NCBI GenBank assembly: GCA_963720965.1
Contig: CAVRHD010000007.1
Span: 49,442-113,441 of the forward strand
DNA from: an uncultured Chloroflexia bacterium
GTDB lineage: Bacteria; Chloroflexota; Limnocylindria; Limnocylindrales; CSP1-4
Reading direction: 5' to 3'
DNA length: 64,000 nucleotides
The notes under the pieces were generated by a model. The model had not been told where the DNA came from. It worked only from the letters and a program-made list of their open reading frames with translations, and did no database searches. Positions 43,246 to 52,862 of the stretch are shown in pieces; positions within the stretch are counted from its first letter, which is position 1; each line of letters opens with the position of its first letter. A program made the translations under genes and the position numbers.

Positions 43246-44265
43246 CTAGGTGGTCCGGCGGACCCAGGACGCGGTCGAATTGCGAACGACCAGGGTCGGC
43301 TCGAACATCGTGACCCGCGGCTCGCGCGGCAGCGACGGATCCCGGGCAAACTCGATCGCCTGCCGAACTCCCTCACCCACGATCTCGGTGATCGGCATGC
43401 GCATCGTCGTCAGCGCGGGAACGGTGTAGGCGGCCAGCTGGAGGTCGTCGAAGCCCACGACCGACAGGTCGTTCGGAATCGACAACCCGCGCAGGGAGGC
43501 AGCATGGAGCGCCCCGAGAGCGACGTAGTCGGTCGAGGTCGCGATCGCCGTCGGCGGTTCGGACAGCTCGAGCAGGGCCCGAAGGGCCGCCTCGCCGCCC
43601 GCCAGACTGTTCGGGACACGCTGAACGTAGCCCTCGGGTAGCCGGCCGAAACGGACCCGCATGAACTCGACGAAGGCGTCCTCGCGATGCGGGTTGCCGC
43701 CGGGCAGCTCCGCGCTGACGAACGCGATCCGCTCGTGGCCCAGGCCGATCAGGTGCTCGAGGCCGGCCATCACGCCAGCCCGGTCGTCACTTTCCACGGT
43801 CGGGAAGTCGATCGGGCTCGAACCCTGCCACAGGGCGACAACAGGCACGGGCGTTTCGCGCAGGTCTTCGAGCAGGCGCGGCTGATGCTGGATATCGCCG
43901 AGCAGGACGATCGCGTCGCAATGCCGGGGCTCGAGGACGGCCGTCAGGGCGAGCGCTTCGTCGAGCCGTCCGTGGGCGTGGCCGAGCACGATGTTGTAGC
44001 CCCGTGACATGGCCTCGACGACAAGGGTGGCGATCGCCGAGGCGAAGAAAGGGTCGCTGAAGTCACGCACGACGGCGCCGACGAGCATCGTCGGGGCGCC
44101 GCGCAGGCCGCGGGCAAACGGATTCGGTCGGTAGTGCAGCCGCTCGGCGGCGGCCCGCACCCGCTCGCGTGTCTCGGGCGCGATGGGCACCCGGGTCGGG
44201 GCGTCGTTGAGGACCCGCGAAACGGTGCTCTGGGAGACACCGGCGAGTTCGGCAATATCGCGCAT
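43246..44265 (-). CDS. LacI-family transcriptional regulator
   Basis: 'MRDIAELAGVSQSTVSRVLN' HTH N-terminus followed by a periplasmic-binding-protein-like sugar-binding domain. ATG at 44265; the ORF-track start at 44415 is too early. Confidence 0.8.
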   Translation of the reverse strand: MRDIAELAGVSQSTVSRVLNDAPTRVPIAPETRERVRAAAERLHYRPNPFARGLRGAPTMLVGAVVRDFSDPFFASAIATLVVEAMSRGYNIVLGHAHGRLDEALALTAVLEPRHCDAIVLLGDIQHQPRLLEDLRETPVPVVALWQGSSPIDFPTVESDDRAGVMAGLEHLIGLGHERIAFVSAELPGGNPHREDAFVEFMRVRFGRLPEGYVQRVPNSLAGGEAALRALLELSEPPTAIATSTDYVALGALHAASLRGLSIPNDLSVVGFDDLQLAAYTVPALTTMRMPITEIVGEGVRQAIEFARDPSLPREPRVTMFEPTLVVRNSTASWVRRTT

Positions 44266-44428
44266 CGTCGTGATCTGGACAACCTGCCGGAGTCCAGGTG
44301 GGCGGGCGGCTGGCTCCTGTGGCGAGTCCCTGGGCATCGGCATCCGTCCCGTGCGAATCTTCGCTGGATCGTAGCACGCTGCCATGCACTCATACGTATT
44401 CATGAGGGCTGCCAACGCGTAGCCCGTC

Positions 44429-44479
44429 GGCTTCCGTGCCAGGAAGCACGTCGCGGGGTCGAATTCCGTCTCCCGCGCC
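44429..44479 (+). repeat. tRNA-Gly 3'-half-like direct repeat (27/30 nt identical to the T-arm/acceptor 3' end of the tRNA-Gly at 31797..31872); candidate attR or tRNA remnant
   Basis: GTCGCGGGGTCGAATTCCGTCTCCCGCGCC against tRNA GTCGCGGGTTCGAATCCCGTCTCCCGCTCC, preceded by a degenerate anticodon-arm-like hairpin GCTTCC-GTGCCA-GGAAGC. No matching 5' acceptor strand, so not a complete tRNA. Confidence 0.55.
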
Positions 44480-44511
44480 GCGTCGGACCGGGCTGCGGCG
44501 CGATCGGCCGG

Positions 44512-44961
44512 CTAGCTCGGTTCCTCGTCCGCGAGGAGATCCTCTTCGTCGTCCTCCGACGGGTCGAGCCTGCGCCGGCTCAATCGCGGCATCGCTTCCC
44601 GAGTGTCGAACATCATCCGCTCGGCGTCCTCGTCCAGAGCGTGCAGCGATCTGGCCAGCGTCCGGTTGATGATCAGGGTAAGCCGCTCGTCGGTGACCAC
44701 CTCGGTCCCTCGCCGATACGAAATCTGGGCCTTGGTGAGAGGCACCCAGGGCGGCCGGCGAACGACCATGACGAGCGGGTTCGAGGCCGGCGTGCCGTGG
44801 ATCTCGCCGATCACCTCGTACGGCCCGAGCTCGGCGATGACCTCGATCGTGCGGGTCCGGATCCGGCGAGTCGGGTCGCCCCGGATGCCCGTCGCCACCA
44901 CCGCATACAGCTCGTTGAGCGGTACACCCAGGTCCGGGTGGCTGACGACCCGGTCGTCCAC
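44512..44961 (-). CDS. Hypothetical protein with acidic C-terminal tail
   Basis: 149-aa ORF ending '...DPSEDDEEDLLADEEPS'. No recognisable family from sequence alone. Confidence 0.4.
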   Translation of the reverse strand: MDDRVVSHPDLGVPLNELYAVVATGIRGDPTRRIRTRTIEVIAELGPYEVIGEIHGTPASNPLVMVVRRPPWVPLTKAQISYRRGTEVVTDERLTLIINRTLARSLHALDEDAERMMFDTREAMPRLSRRRLDPSEDDEEDLLADEEPS

Positions 44962-45233
44962 GATGCTCTCGATCCGGGCATCGCTGATCTGGAGCTCAGC
45001 TGAGTGCGTTGAGCAGGTCGCTCAGCCGACCGTCGCCGGGCTCCAGGCGACCGAACAGGCGGCAGTCGACCGCGTACGCGTTGAACTCGATCACCCGTCC
45101 ATCCTAGTCCCGCCAGCCAACCCGCCGAACACGCCGCGCAACGGCCCAGGGTGCCGCTCATAGGCTCAGCCGCGCATGGCTCGCGTGACAGCCCGACACG
45201 ATCGCGGAGCGCTCGAACAGTTATACTCGCGGT

Positions 45234-45473
45234 ATGAAGACGGCTGTCTCCGTTCCCGACGACCTGTTCGCTCAGGTCGACCGTCTCGCCCGACGCTCGC
45301 GCAGGTCCCGCAGCGAGCTCTACAGTGCCGCGCTACGGGAGTACGTCGCCCGGCACGCGCCCGATGAGGTGACGGCGGGACTCGATCGCGTCATCTCGGA
45401 GGTCGGCCAGCCAGACGGTGACCAGTTCATTGCCGCGGCCGCCCAGGGGACTCTCGGCTCGACCGAGTGGTGA
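45234..45473 (+). CDS. Ribbon-helix-helix antitoxin (MazE/CopG-like)
   Basis: 79 aa '[38 protein letters not shown]'; stop overlaps the toxin start (GTGA). -10-like TTATACT upstream. Confidence 0.7.
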   Translation: MKTAVSVPDDLFAQVDRLARRSRRSRSELYSAALREYVARHAPDEVTAGLDRVISEVGQPDGDQFIAAAAQGTLGSTEW

Positions 45474-45814
45474 TCGCCCAGGGCGAGGTGTGGTGGGCCG
45501 ACCTCGGGGAGCCGGCTGGGTCAGGGCCCGGGTTCAGGCGGCCGGTGGTCGTAGTCCAGGGTGACGCCTTCAACCGCAGCTCACTTCGCACGGTCGTATG
45601 CGTCAGCCTGACGAGCAACGTCCATTGGGCGGATGCTCCGGGCAACGTGCTCCTGCTCGCTCGTGCAACCGGCCTGCCGAGGGACTCCGTGGCCAACGTG
45701 TCGCAGCTCGTGAAGCTCGACCGGGACGCCCTCACCGAGCGCACCGGCGCGCTGTCAGCATCGAGCCTGGAGCTCGTGCTGGCCGGGATCGACGTAGTGC
45801 TCGGGCGTTCGTGA
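45467..45814 (+). CDS. MazF/PemK-family mRNA interferase toxin
   Basis: 'GEVWWADLGEP...RPVVVVQ' N-terminal SH3-like barrel signature of PemK/MazF; 115 aa. Confidence 0.7.
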   Translation: MVIAQGEVWWADLGEPAGSGPGFRRPVVVVQGDAFNRSSLRTVVCVSLTSNVHWADAPGNVLLLARATGLPRDSVANVSQLVKLDRDALTERTGALSASSLELVLAGIDVVLGRS

Positions 45815-45875
45815 GACACGACCTACGAGTTGGTGACCGTGCGCGGCTGACAGCGGTCATCCATAGAATTCGCGG

Positions 45876-46902
45876 ATGAAGAAGATCGGGTTCCTCTCCT
45901 TCGGCCACTGGTCGGACATCACCCTACTCGCAGGTGCGCTCCGGCGTCGGACGCGCTCATCCAGTCGATCGAGCTGGCGGAGGCGGTCGAGGACCTGGGA
46001 GCCGACGGCGCCTACTTCCGGGTCCATCACTTCGCCCGGCAGCTGGCGTCGCCGTTCCCGCTCCTCGCGGCGATCGGCGCGCGGACCAAGCGGATCGAGA
46101 TCGGGACGGCCGTCATCGACATGCGCTACGAGAACCCGCTGTACATGGTCGAGGACGCCGGCGCGGCCGACCTCATCGCCGGCGGCCGCCTGCAGCTCGG
46201 CATCAGCCGCGGCTCACCCGAGCAGGTCATCGACGGCTTCCGCTACTTCGGGTACGCGCCGGCCGAGGGGGCAGACCGACGCCGACATGGCCCGCGAGCA
46301 CACCGAGGTCTTCCTGCAGGCCCTGACTGGAGCCGGCTTCGCCGCAGCCGAACCCCACGCCGATGTTCGCGAACCCGCCCGGGCTGCTTCGCCCGGAGCC
46401 GCACTCGGCCGGGCTGCGCGACCGGATCTGGTGGGGAGCCGGGTCACGCGCGACGGCCCAATGGACTGGCCAGCAGGGCATGAACCTGATGTCGTCGACG
46501 CTCCTGACCGAGGATGCCGGCGTGCCGTTCCACGAGCTCCAGGCGGAGCAGATCCGCCTGTTCCGGGAGGCGTGGGCGGCGGCTGGGCATCAGCGCGAGC
46601 CGCGGGTCTCGGTCAGCCGGAGCATCTTCGCCCTGGTCGACGACCGGGATCGCGCCTACTTCGGTCACGGCAACCAGGACGCGGACCAGGTCGGCTACAT
46701 CGACGCCCAGACCAAGGCGATCTTCGGGCGTTCGTACGCCGCGGAGCCGGACGTCCTGGTCAGGGAGCTCGCCGGGGACACAGCGATCCAGGCGGCGGAC
46801 ACGATCCTGCTGACCGTCCCGAACCAGCTCGGCGTCGAGTACAACGCCCACGCGATCGAGAGCATCCTCAAGTTCGTCGCGCCGGAGCTCGGCTGGCGAT
46901 AG
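45876..46902 (+). pseudogene. LLM-class (luciferase-like) flavin/F420-dependent oxidoreductase, about 3 frameshifts
   Basis: 'MKKIGFLSFGHW' N-terminus. 'ELAEAVEDLGADGAYFRVHHF', 'RIEIGTAVIDMRYENPLYMVEDAGAADLIAGGRLQLGISRGSPE', 'GTAQWTGQQGMNLMSSTLL' and the C-terminus '...AHAIESILKFVAPELGWR' lie in different frames. Confidence 0.65.
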
Positions 46903-46949
46903 GACGGCTTGGCCGTCTCGGCCCAGGCCAAGGCGCGTAGGCTGCCGAC

Positions 46950-49752
46950 GTGACCCAGCCAGGGGCGACCCACACCGCGACGTTCCTGATGACCGACATC
47001 GCGGGGAGCACGCGCCTGTGGGAGGAGCAGCGCGAGGCGATGGTCCTCGCCCTGGCGGCCCACGACGACTTGCTGCGAGCCGCCGTCGAGGAGGCCGGCG
47101 GCACCGTCTTCAAGACGACCGGGGATGGGCTCCTTGCGGCCTTCGAGCGCCCCGGAGCTGCCGTCCGGGCGGCCATTGCGGGACAGCAAGCCCTGCAGGA
47201 TCACCCCTGGCCTACCACCACCCCGCTCCTGGTCCGGATGGCGATCCACGCCGGCGATGCCGAGCTCCGCAACGACGACTACTTCGGACCGTCGCTCAAC
47301 CGCGTGGCCCGGGTGCTCGCGATCGGCCACGGCGGGCAAGTCCTCGTGTCCGCGGCGGCCGCGGCGCTCGTCGCCGACGACCTGCCGGCGGGCGCGGCGC
47401 TGTTCGACCGCGGCGAGCACCATCTCAGGGACCTCACCCGGTCCGAGCACGTCTACCAGCTGACCGCACCCGGCCTCACCACCGACTTTCCAGCGCTTCG
47501 CTCAGGCGCGGCACCCACGAACCTGCCGGCCGACCTGACCACCTTCATCGGTCGGAGCCGGGAAGCGGCCGAGATCCGGGGCATCCTCGCAACCCACAGG
47601 TTCGCGACGCTCGTCGGGGTTGGCGGCACCGGCAAGACGCGTCTCATGCTCCACGTCGCCGGCGAGCTGTCTGACCAACACGTCGATGGGGCGTGGCTGG
47701 TCGAGCTCGCTCCGCTGCGCGAGCCCGAGCTCGTCGCCTCCGAGGTCGCCCGGGCCCTGGGTGTCCAGGTTTCGCCCGGCCCAGCCGGCCATCGTCGCGC
47801 TCACTGACTTCCTTCGGAGCAAGGACCTGATCCTGCTGCTCGATAACTGCGAGCACCTGATCGAGGCAGCAGCCGGCCTCGTCGAGCATCTTCTTGCGAG
47901 CATGCCGCACCGTGCGGGTGCTGGCGACAAGCCGCGAAGCACTCGGGGTCCCGGGTGAGGCCACCTATCCGGTGCCCTCGTTGGCCCTGCCCGAGACGAT
48001 GGACCAGCTCGACCTCGAGGCGATCGCGGCGACCGAGGCCGTGAGCCTCTTCGTCGAACGGGCCACGACCACGTTGCCCTCGTTCCGGCTCGATGACTCC
48101 AACGCGGCCAGCGTGGTCGAGATCTGCCGGCGGCTGGACGGCATCCCGCTGGCCCTGGAGCTGGCCGCCGCCCGGGTCAACGTCCTGTCGGCGGCCGAGA
48201 TCGCCCAGGGCCTGGGCGATCGATTCCGCCTCCTGACCGGCGGCCGGCGGACCGCCGTGCCCAGGCAACAAACCCTCCAGGCGCTCATCGACTGGAGCTG
48301 GGACCTGCTGACCGAGGCCGACCAGCGGCTCCTCGGCCGGCTGTCCGTCTTCACCGGCGGCTGGACGCTGGACGCCGCGGCCGGGGTGGCCGGCGACCAG
48401 GATGATCCGGCGGCGGCGCCGTCCGGCGCAGCCCGTCTCGAAACGCTCGACGGCCTGGGCCGCCTCGTCGATCGCTCCCTCGTCGTCGTGACCCCCGCCG
48501 AGACCACCCGCTACGGCATGCTCGAGACGATCCGCCAGTACGCAAACGACCGGCTGGTCGCCAGCGGCGAGGCGGCCGCCCGGCGGACCCGGCACCTCGC
48601 CTGGTTCCGGCGCCTGGCGGCCGACGCGTCGACCGGCATCGCCGGCCCCGACATGGCGACCTGGCTGGGCCGGGTCGAAGTCGACCTCGACAACCTGCGG
48701 ACCGCGCTGGATTGGGCCTACGAGACCGACGTGCCAATAGCGCTCCGAGATGTACGTCGGCCTCGGCGCCTACTGGCGACTGCGCGGCCTCGGCTCGGAG
48801 GGCGTCGACCGGATGGCCGAGGCGATCGACGTCCTTCGGCGCTGGCGATCGGAGCCGTCGGACGATGCCCGAGGCTGAGCGGACCCTCCTCGCTGCGCGG
48901 GTGATGGTCGCGGCGTTCAACATGTCCGGCTACGCAGGCTGGAGTGCCGTTGGCTCGATCGGCGACGAGACTATGGCGGTCGCACGCGCCTCGGGTGATC
49001 CGGCGGCGATCGTCGATGCCCAGGTCCTGGCCCTTCAGACGGAGATCATGACCCGTGGTGGACGTAACACCGAAGGACTTCGGGCCGCCGCCCTGGAGGC
49101 GCTCCAGCTCGCCACGAATCTCGACGACCCACTCCGGCAGTCCACGGTCCTGACCGGCCTGGCGATGATCGATGCCCAGGTTGATCCCGACGCCGCGGAG
49201 GGATGGCTCGAGCGGGCGGCTGCTGCCGCCGAACGGAGTGGCAATCCAGCCGCGATCGCAGGCATCTTCCAGATGCGCGGCCGGGTCGCCAGTCGCGCCG
49301 GTCGAGAGGTCGAAGCCCAACGCTGGTTCCGGGAAGCGGCCGAGCGCTATGGGGCCGTTGGCGACATCCGGTTCACGATGTCCTCCCAGAGCGAGCTCGC
49401 CCACGCCATGCGCCGAGCCGGCGCTATCGACGAGGCCGACGCGGAGTACCGCCAGACGATCATGGGCTGGCAGCGCATCGGCAACCGCGGGGCCGTGGCC
49501 AATCAGCTGGAATCGATGGCCTTCACCGCGATCGCGCGGGGCTCCGGGGCGAGGGCGGCGCGGCTGTTGGGGGCCGCCGAAGCGTTGCGCGAGGCCTCGG
49601 GGGATCCGATGACGGTCGACGAGCGCGGGGAGTACGACGCGGAGGTGGACCGCCTGCGCGGGCTCCTCGACCCGCCGGACCTGGCCGACGCCTGGGCCGA
49701 TGGCCGGCGGCTGACCTCGGATCAGGCCGTGGCGCTCGCCGTCTCCGTGTAG
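46950..49752 (+). pseudogene. Class III nucleotidyl cyclase + AAA/NB-ARC ATPase + TPR (STAND-type), about 3 frameshifts (~47790, ~47900, ~48740)
   Basis: Cyclase 'ATFLMTDIAGSTRLWEE...FKTTGDGLLAAF...MAIHAGDAELRNDDYFGPSLNRVARV...RGEHHLRDLTRSEHVYQL'. Walker A 'GVGGTGKTRL'. 'ILLLDNCEHL'. 'ICRRLDGIPLALELAAARV'. C-terminal TPR block in the 48712..49752 frame. Confidence 0.75.
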
Positions 49753-49790
49753 GCGACCTCGTCCATCGTTAAGCCGCTGCCCAAGCAGCT

Positions 49791-49820
49791 ATTTCATGTT
49801 AGGCTTCACTAATATGAAAT
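49791..49820 (+). promoter_or_regulatory. Inverted repeat ATTTCAT-N16-ATGAAAT spanning the TetR start codons; candidate TetR operator
   Basis: Perfect 7-bp arms seen directly; AT-rich in a ~70% GC context. Confidence 0.45.
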
Positions 49821-50401
49821 CCACCAGGCGACCCTACCGGCTGCAAGCCCGGGCCGACTCGAGTGACGCGACACGCCGGCGGATCCTGGATGCCGCGGTG
49901 GATGCCTTGGAGCGCCGGCGGGCCTCCGAGATCCGCCTCGAGGACGTGGCGACCGCCGCCGGCGTCACGGTCCAGACCGTGCTCCGCATCTTCGGCCGGA
50001 AGTCCGACCTGCTTTCGTGCGCGTCGACCGAGTTCCGCGATCGCATCCTCGCCCAGCGGGAGTCGGCAACGCCGGGCGATATCGGCGGAACGATCGCGGC
50101 GCTCTTCGACCACTACGAGGACATGGGCGACTTCGTGATCCGCAACCTGGCAGACGAAGAGGCCCAACCCGATCTCCAGGTCTGGCTCGCGATGGGCCGC
50201 CAGGCGCACCGGGAGTCGGTCGAACGCCAGTTCGCGCCCCAGCTCGCTCGGCGAACTGACCACGACCTGGTCCTCGAGGCCCTGGTCGTCGCGTGTGATG
50301 TCTACACCTGGAAGCTGCTCCGACGTGACGCCGGCAAGGGCCGGGACGACGCCGAAGCATCGGTCCGATTCATGGTTCGCCGGCTCCTGGAGGTTGGATG
50401 A
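49796..50401 (+). CDS. TetR-family transcriptional regulator
   Basis: 'TRRRILDAAVDALERRRASEIRLEDVATAAGVTVQTVLRIF' HTH. Alternative start ATG at 49814 (MKSTRRP). Stop overlaps the glycosyltransferase start. Confidence 0.75.
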   Translation: MLGFTNMKSTRRPYRLQARADSSDATRRRILDAAVDALERRRASEIRLEDVATAAGVTVQTVLRIFGRKSDLLSCASTEFRDRILAQRESATPGDIGGTIAALFDHYEDMGDFVIRNLADEEAQPDLQVWLAMGRQAHRESVERQFAPQLARRTDHDLVLEALVVACDVYTWKLLRRDAGKGRDDAEASVRFMVRRLLEVG

Positions 50402-50402
50402 C

Positions 50403-51566
50403 ATGACCCGATTTGGATTCGTTACCTGGGACGGCGGCGGCAACGTGCCGCCGGCCGTGGGCATCGCCCAGGGGCTGGCCGCCCGTGGCCATGAAGTGGT
50501 GTTCATCGGCTACGAGGTGCAGCGAGCGAGCTTCGCGGCGCGGCGGTTGCCGTTCTTCGCACTCCCCCGCACCGGTGGCTTCGACATCTATGCCGCGGCC
50601 GACCCTGGCCAGCGCATCGCGGGGCTGATGGCCAACGTGTGGGCCAGCCCGGAGCACCTGGACGATATTCCTGCGGCCGTCGCCGACACCTCGTCGGACG
50701 TGCTTGTCGTCGACTTCTCGATGCAGGGTGCACTCGCGGCAGCGGCTCGATGTGGCGCGCCAGTGGCTGTCCTGGCCCACTCTGCCATCACCGGGCTCAC
50801 CCCGGGTCCCGAGACGCCGATGGGTGCGGCCCGGCTCAACGCGACGAACCGGTTGCGGGAGGAGGCCCGCCTGCCGCAGATCGCCGGCTTGGCCGATGGC
50901 TGGCTGGGCTACACGACACTCGTGACCACCATCCCTGAGCTCGATCCTGCCGCCCTTGTGGCAGACGGCTCCGTTCACTACCTCGGGCCGATCTTCGAAG
51001 CGCTTGGCGACGAACCCTGGGAATCGCCCTGGCCGCCTGGTGACGACCGTCCGCTGGTGCTGGTCAGCTTCAGCACGACCGGCCTGTGGGACCAGAGTGG
51101 GCGCATTCGAAACACCCTCGAGGCCCTCGCCGACGAACCCGTCCGAGTCCTGGTCTCTGCCGCGCAGGCAATGGACCTAGGGCCGATCCCGGACAACGCA
51201 GCGATTCGTCCATTTGTGCCCCACCACAAGGTATTGGAAGCGGCAGTGCTTACCGTCACCCATGCCGGCCATGGAACGGTCGCGGCGTCGCTCGCTCATG
51301 GCGTGCCCATCGTCGCCCTGCCAAACCAGGCAGCCGATCAGCCATTTCTCGCAGCCCGAATCCAGCAGCTCGGGGCCGGCCTGGCGCTGGACGGCGAGTC
51401 TGGTCCGGCCAGGATCCGAGAAGCAGCGCGGGACGTCATGGCCGAGCGTTCCTACGCCGCGGCCGCCGGCAGGTTGGCCCTGGCGATTCGGGCCGCGCCC
51501 GGCGTCGAGGGCGCGGCGTTCGAGCTTGAGCGGCTCGCGGCCGTGGCCAGCCCGACATTCGGCTGA
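50403..51566 (+). CDS. GT1-family UDP-glycosyltransferase (MGT/macrolide- or small-molecule-glycosyltransferase-like)
   Basis: 'GFVTWDGGGNVPPAVGIAQGLAARGHEV' N-terminal acceptor domain; C-terminal 'VTHAGHGTVAASLAHGVPIVALPNQAADQPFLAARIQQLGAG' UDP-sugar-binding signature; 387 aa. Confidence 0.75.
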   Translation: MTRFGFVTWDGGGNVPPAVGIAQGLAARGHEVVFIGYEVQRASFAARRLPFFALPRTGGFDIYAAADPGQRIAGLMANVWASPEHLDDIPAAVADTSSDVLVVDFSMQGALAAAARCGAPVAVLAHSAITGLTPGPETPMGAARLNATNRLREEARLPQIAGLADGWLGYTTLVTTIPELDPAALVADGSVHYLGPIFEALGDEPWESPWPPGDDRPLVLVSFSTTGLWDQSGRIRNTLEALADEPVRVLVSAAQAMDLGPIPDNAAIRPFVPHHKVLEAAVLTVTHAGHGTVAASLAHGVPIVALPNQAADQPFLAARIQQLGAGLALDGESGPARIREAARDVMAERSYAAAAGRLALAIRAAPGVEGAAFELERLAAVASPTFG

Positions 51567-51608
51567 CCCACGGGCGGGCGGCCGGCACATTGCCACGGCC
51601 GCACTTCT

Positions 51609-52070
51609 TCAGCCGGAGGGCCGATCACCGCGCGGCCCCTGCCGGCCGTCGCTGTGGATCAGGACCCCGCCTGGGCGTAGCAAACGGCGCTCCTGCTCGT
51701 GGATCTCGCGGCGGATGCGTTCCGTCGCGGGCCGATAGGCGGCGCGGAACTCAGGCGAACCGAATAGGCGGCTCTCGTGGACCGCGTCGAAGGAACCTGT
51801 TGCGAGGAAGTCGAGCGAACCCGGGACGCCAAGGTCGACCAGATGATGGACGAACGCCTCGCCGTCCAGGTCGCCAACATCGATCCCGACCGGTTCCGCC
51901 CCGAGCTCCAGGAGGAGCCGGCACATCCACGGCTCGAACTCGGCGGTCCGCGCGCCGGTGATCGGCGAGCGGCTGGAGTTCGACCCGCAGGCGATATCGA
52001 GGACCGACTTGCCACGGACCGCCGAGAAGGGGTCGAAGGCATTTGCCAGGCGGCCGATGAGCTCGGTCAT
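51609..52070 (-). CDS. Class I SAM-dependent methyltransferase-like protein (short, 153 aa)
   Basis: Motif I-like 'VLDIACGSN' and post-I 'RLLRPGGVLIHSD'. Weak assignment. Confidence 0.45.
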   Translation of the reverse strand: MTELIGRLANAFDPFSAVRGKSVLDIACGSNSSRSPITGARTAEFEPWMCRLLLELGAEPVGIDVGDLDGEAFVHHLVDLGVPGSLDFLATGSFDAVHESRLFGSPEFRAAYRPATERIRREIHEQERRLLRPGGVLIHSDGRQGPRGDRPSG

Positions 52071-52263
52071 GATCTTGCCGAGTCGCGGTTCCGCCCCGAT
52101 CTTCGCGCCCAGATGATGGCGGGCGTCGAGCTCGTGGAGAGCACGGCCGAGGGCCTCGCGGTCGGATGGCGTCCGGCCGAGAGCCGCGAGCCGTGGAAGG
52201 TGGTCAGGCGCCGTAGAGGAGCTCCGCTGTCCAGGATGACCGTCGCTGGTTCAGGATGGCACG

Positions 52264-52550
52264 ATGCACCTCGAGTTCGCCAATGAGCTCTGGTACTGGC
52301 GGGGTCCGGCGCCGTTCCACTTCATCACCGTGCCCACGCAGAGAGCGCCCAACTGCGGGCCATCTCGCGGGCCGTCAGCTACGGCTGGGGGATGATCCCG
52401 GTCAGCGTCCGAATCGGTCAGACCGAGTGGACCACGGCGTTGTTCCCGAAGGACGGACGGTACGTCGTGCCCGTCAAGGACAGCGCACGCGCGGCCGAAG
52501 ACCTGGCCCTTGGCGACCGCCCGACCGTGGAGCTGACCGTCAGCCTGTGA
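52264..52550 (+). pseudogene. DUF1905-family small protein, one frameshift near 52335
   Basis: 'MHLEFANELWYWRGPAPFHFITVP' then, in a second frame, 'LRAISRAVSYGWGMIPVSVRIGQTEWTTALFPKDGRYVVPVKDSARAAEDLALGDRPTVELTVSL', matching the DUF1905 pattern (SYGWG.IPV...G.T.W.TSL.P....Y.LPVK). Confidence 0.6.
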
Positions 52551-52862
52551 TCGCTCGCAAGCGCGATCGGAATCCTTCCTGCTGGACGATCCGGCCGAAT
52601 TGAGCCCGTATGCGGGCCGATGGTCCACGCTTCCTGCCAGAAACGAGGTCAATGAACGCTTAGGCGACGCTCAGCCACGCGATCAGGCCCGGCTCGACTG
52701 GTCGCCCATCAATTCGTGCACGGACCGACAAGCCAGGGGCAGGATCGACCCCGGGAATTGGCTGGAGTGTGGCCTAAGCCTCGATCGGCGAACGATTTGA
52801 CACGTTCGGCCGGACCCGGCCGGACCCGCGGACGGCGGACCCGGACGAAGAGCGAGCCACGC

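Noticed and set aside
31873-44428. Integrase/recombinase gene for the putative island
   Set aside because: Searched both strands of the interval and its flanks for tyrosine/serine recombinase signatures. None found; the island call rests only on the tRNA 3' direct repeat.
44429-44479. Second full tRNA-Gly (anticodon GCC) gene
   Set aside because: Only the 3' ~50 nt are tRNA-like. There is no 5' acceptor strand complementary to CTCCCGC upstream, and the anticodon loop would be 6 nt. Treated as a tRNA 3' remnant or att-like repeat instead.
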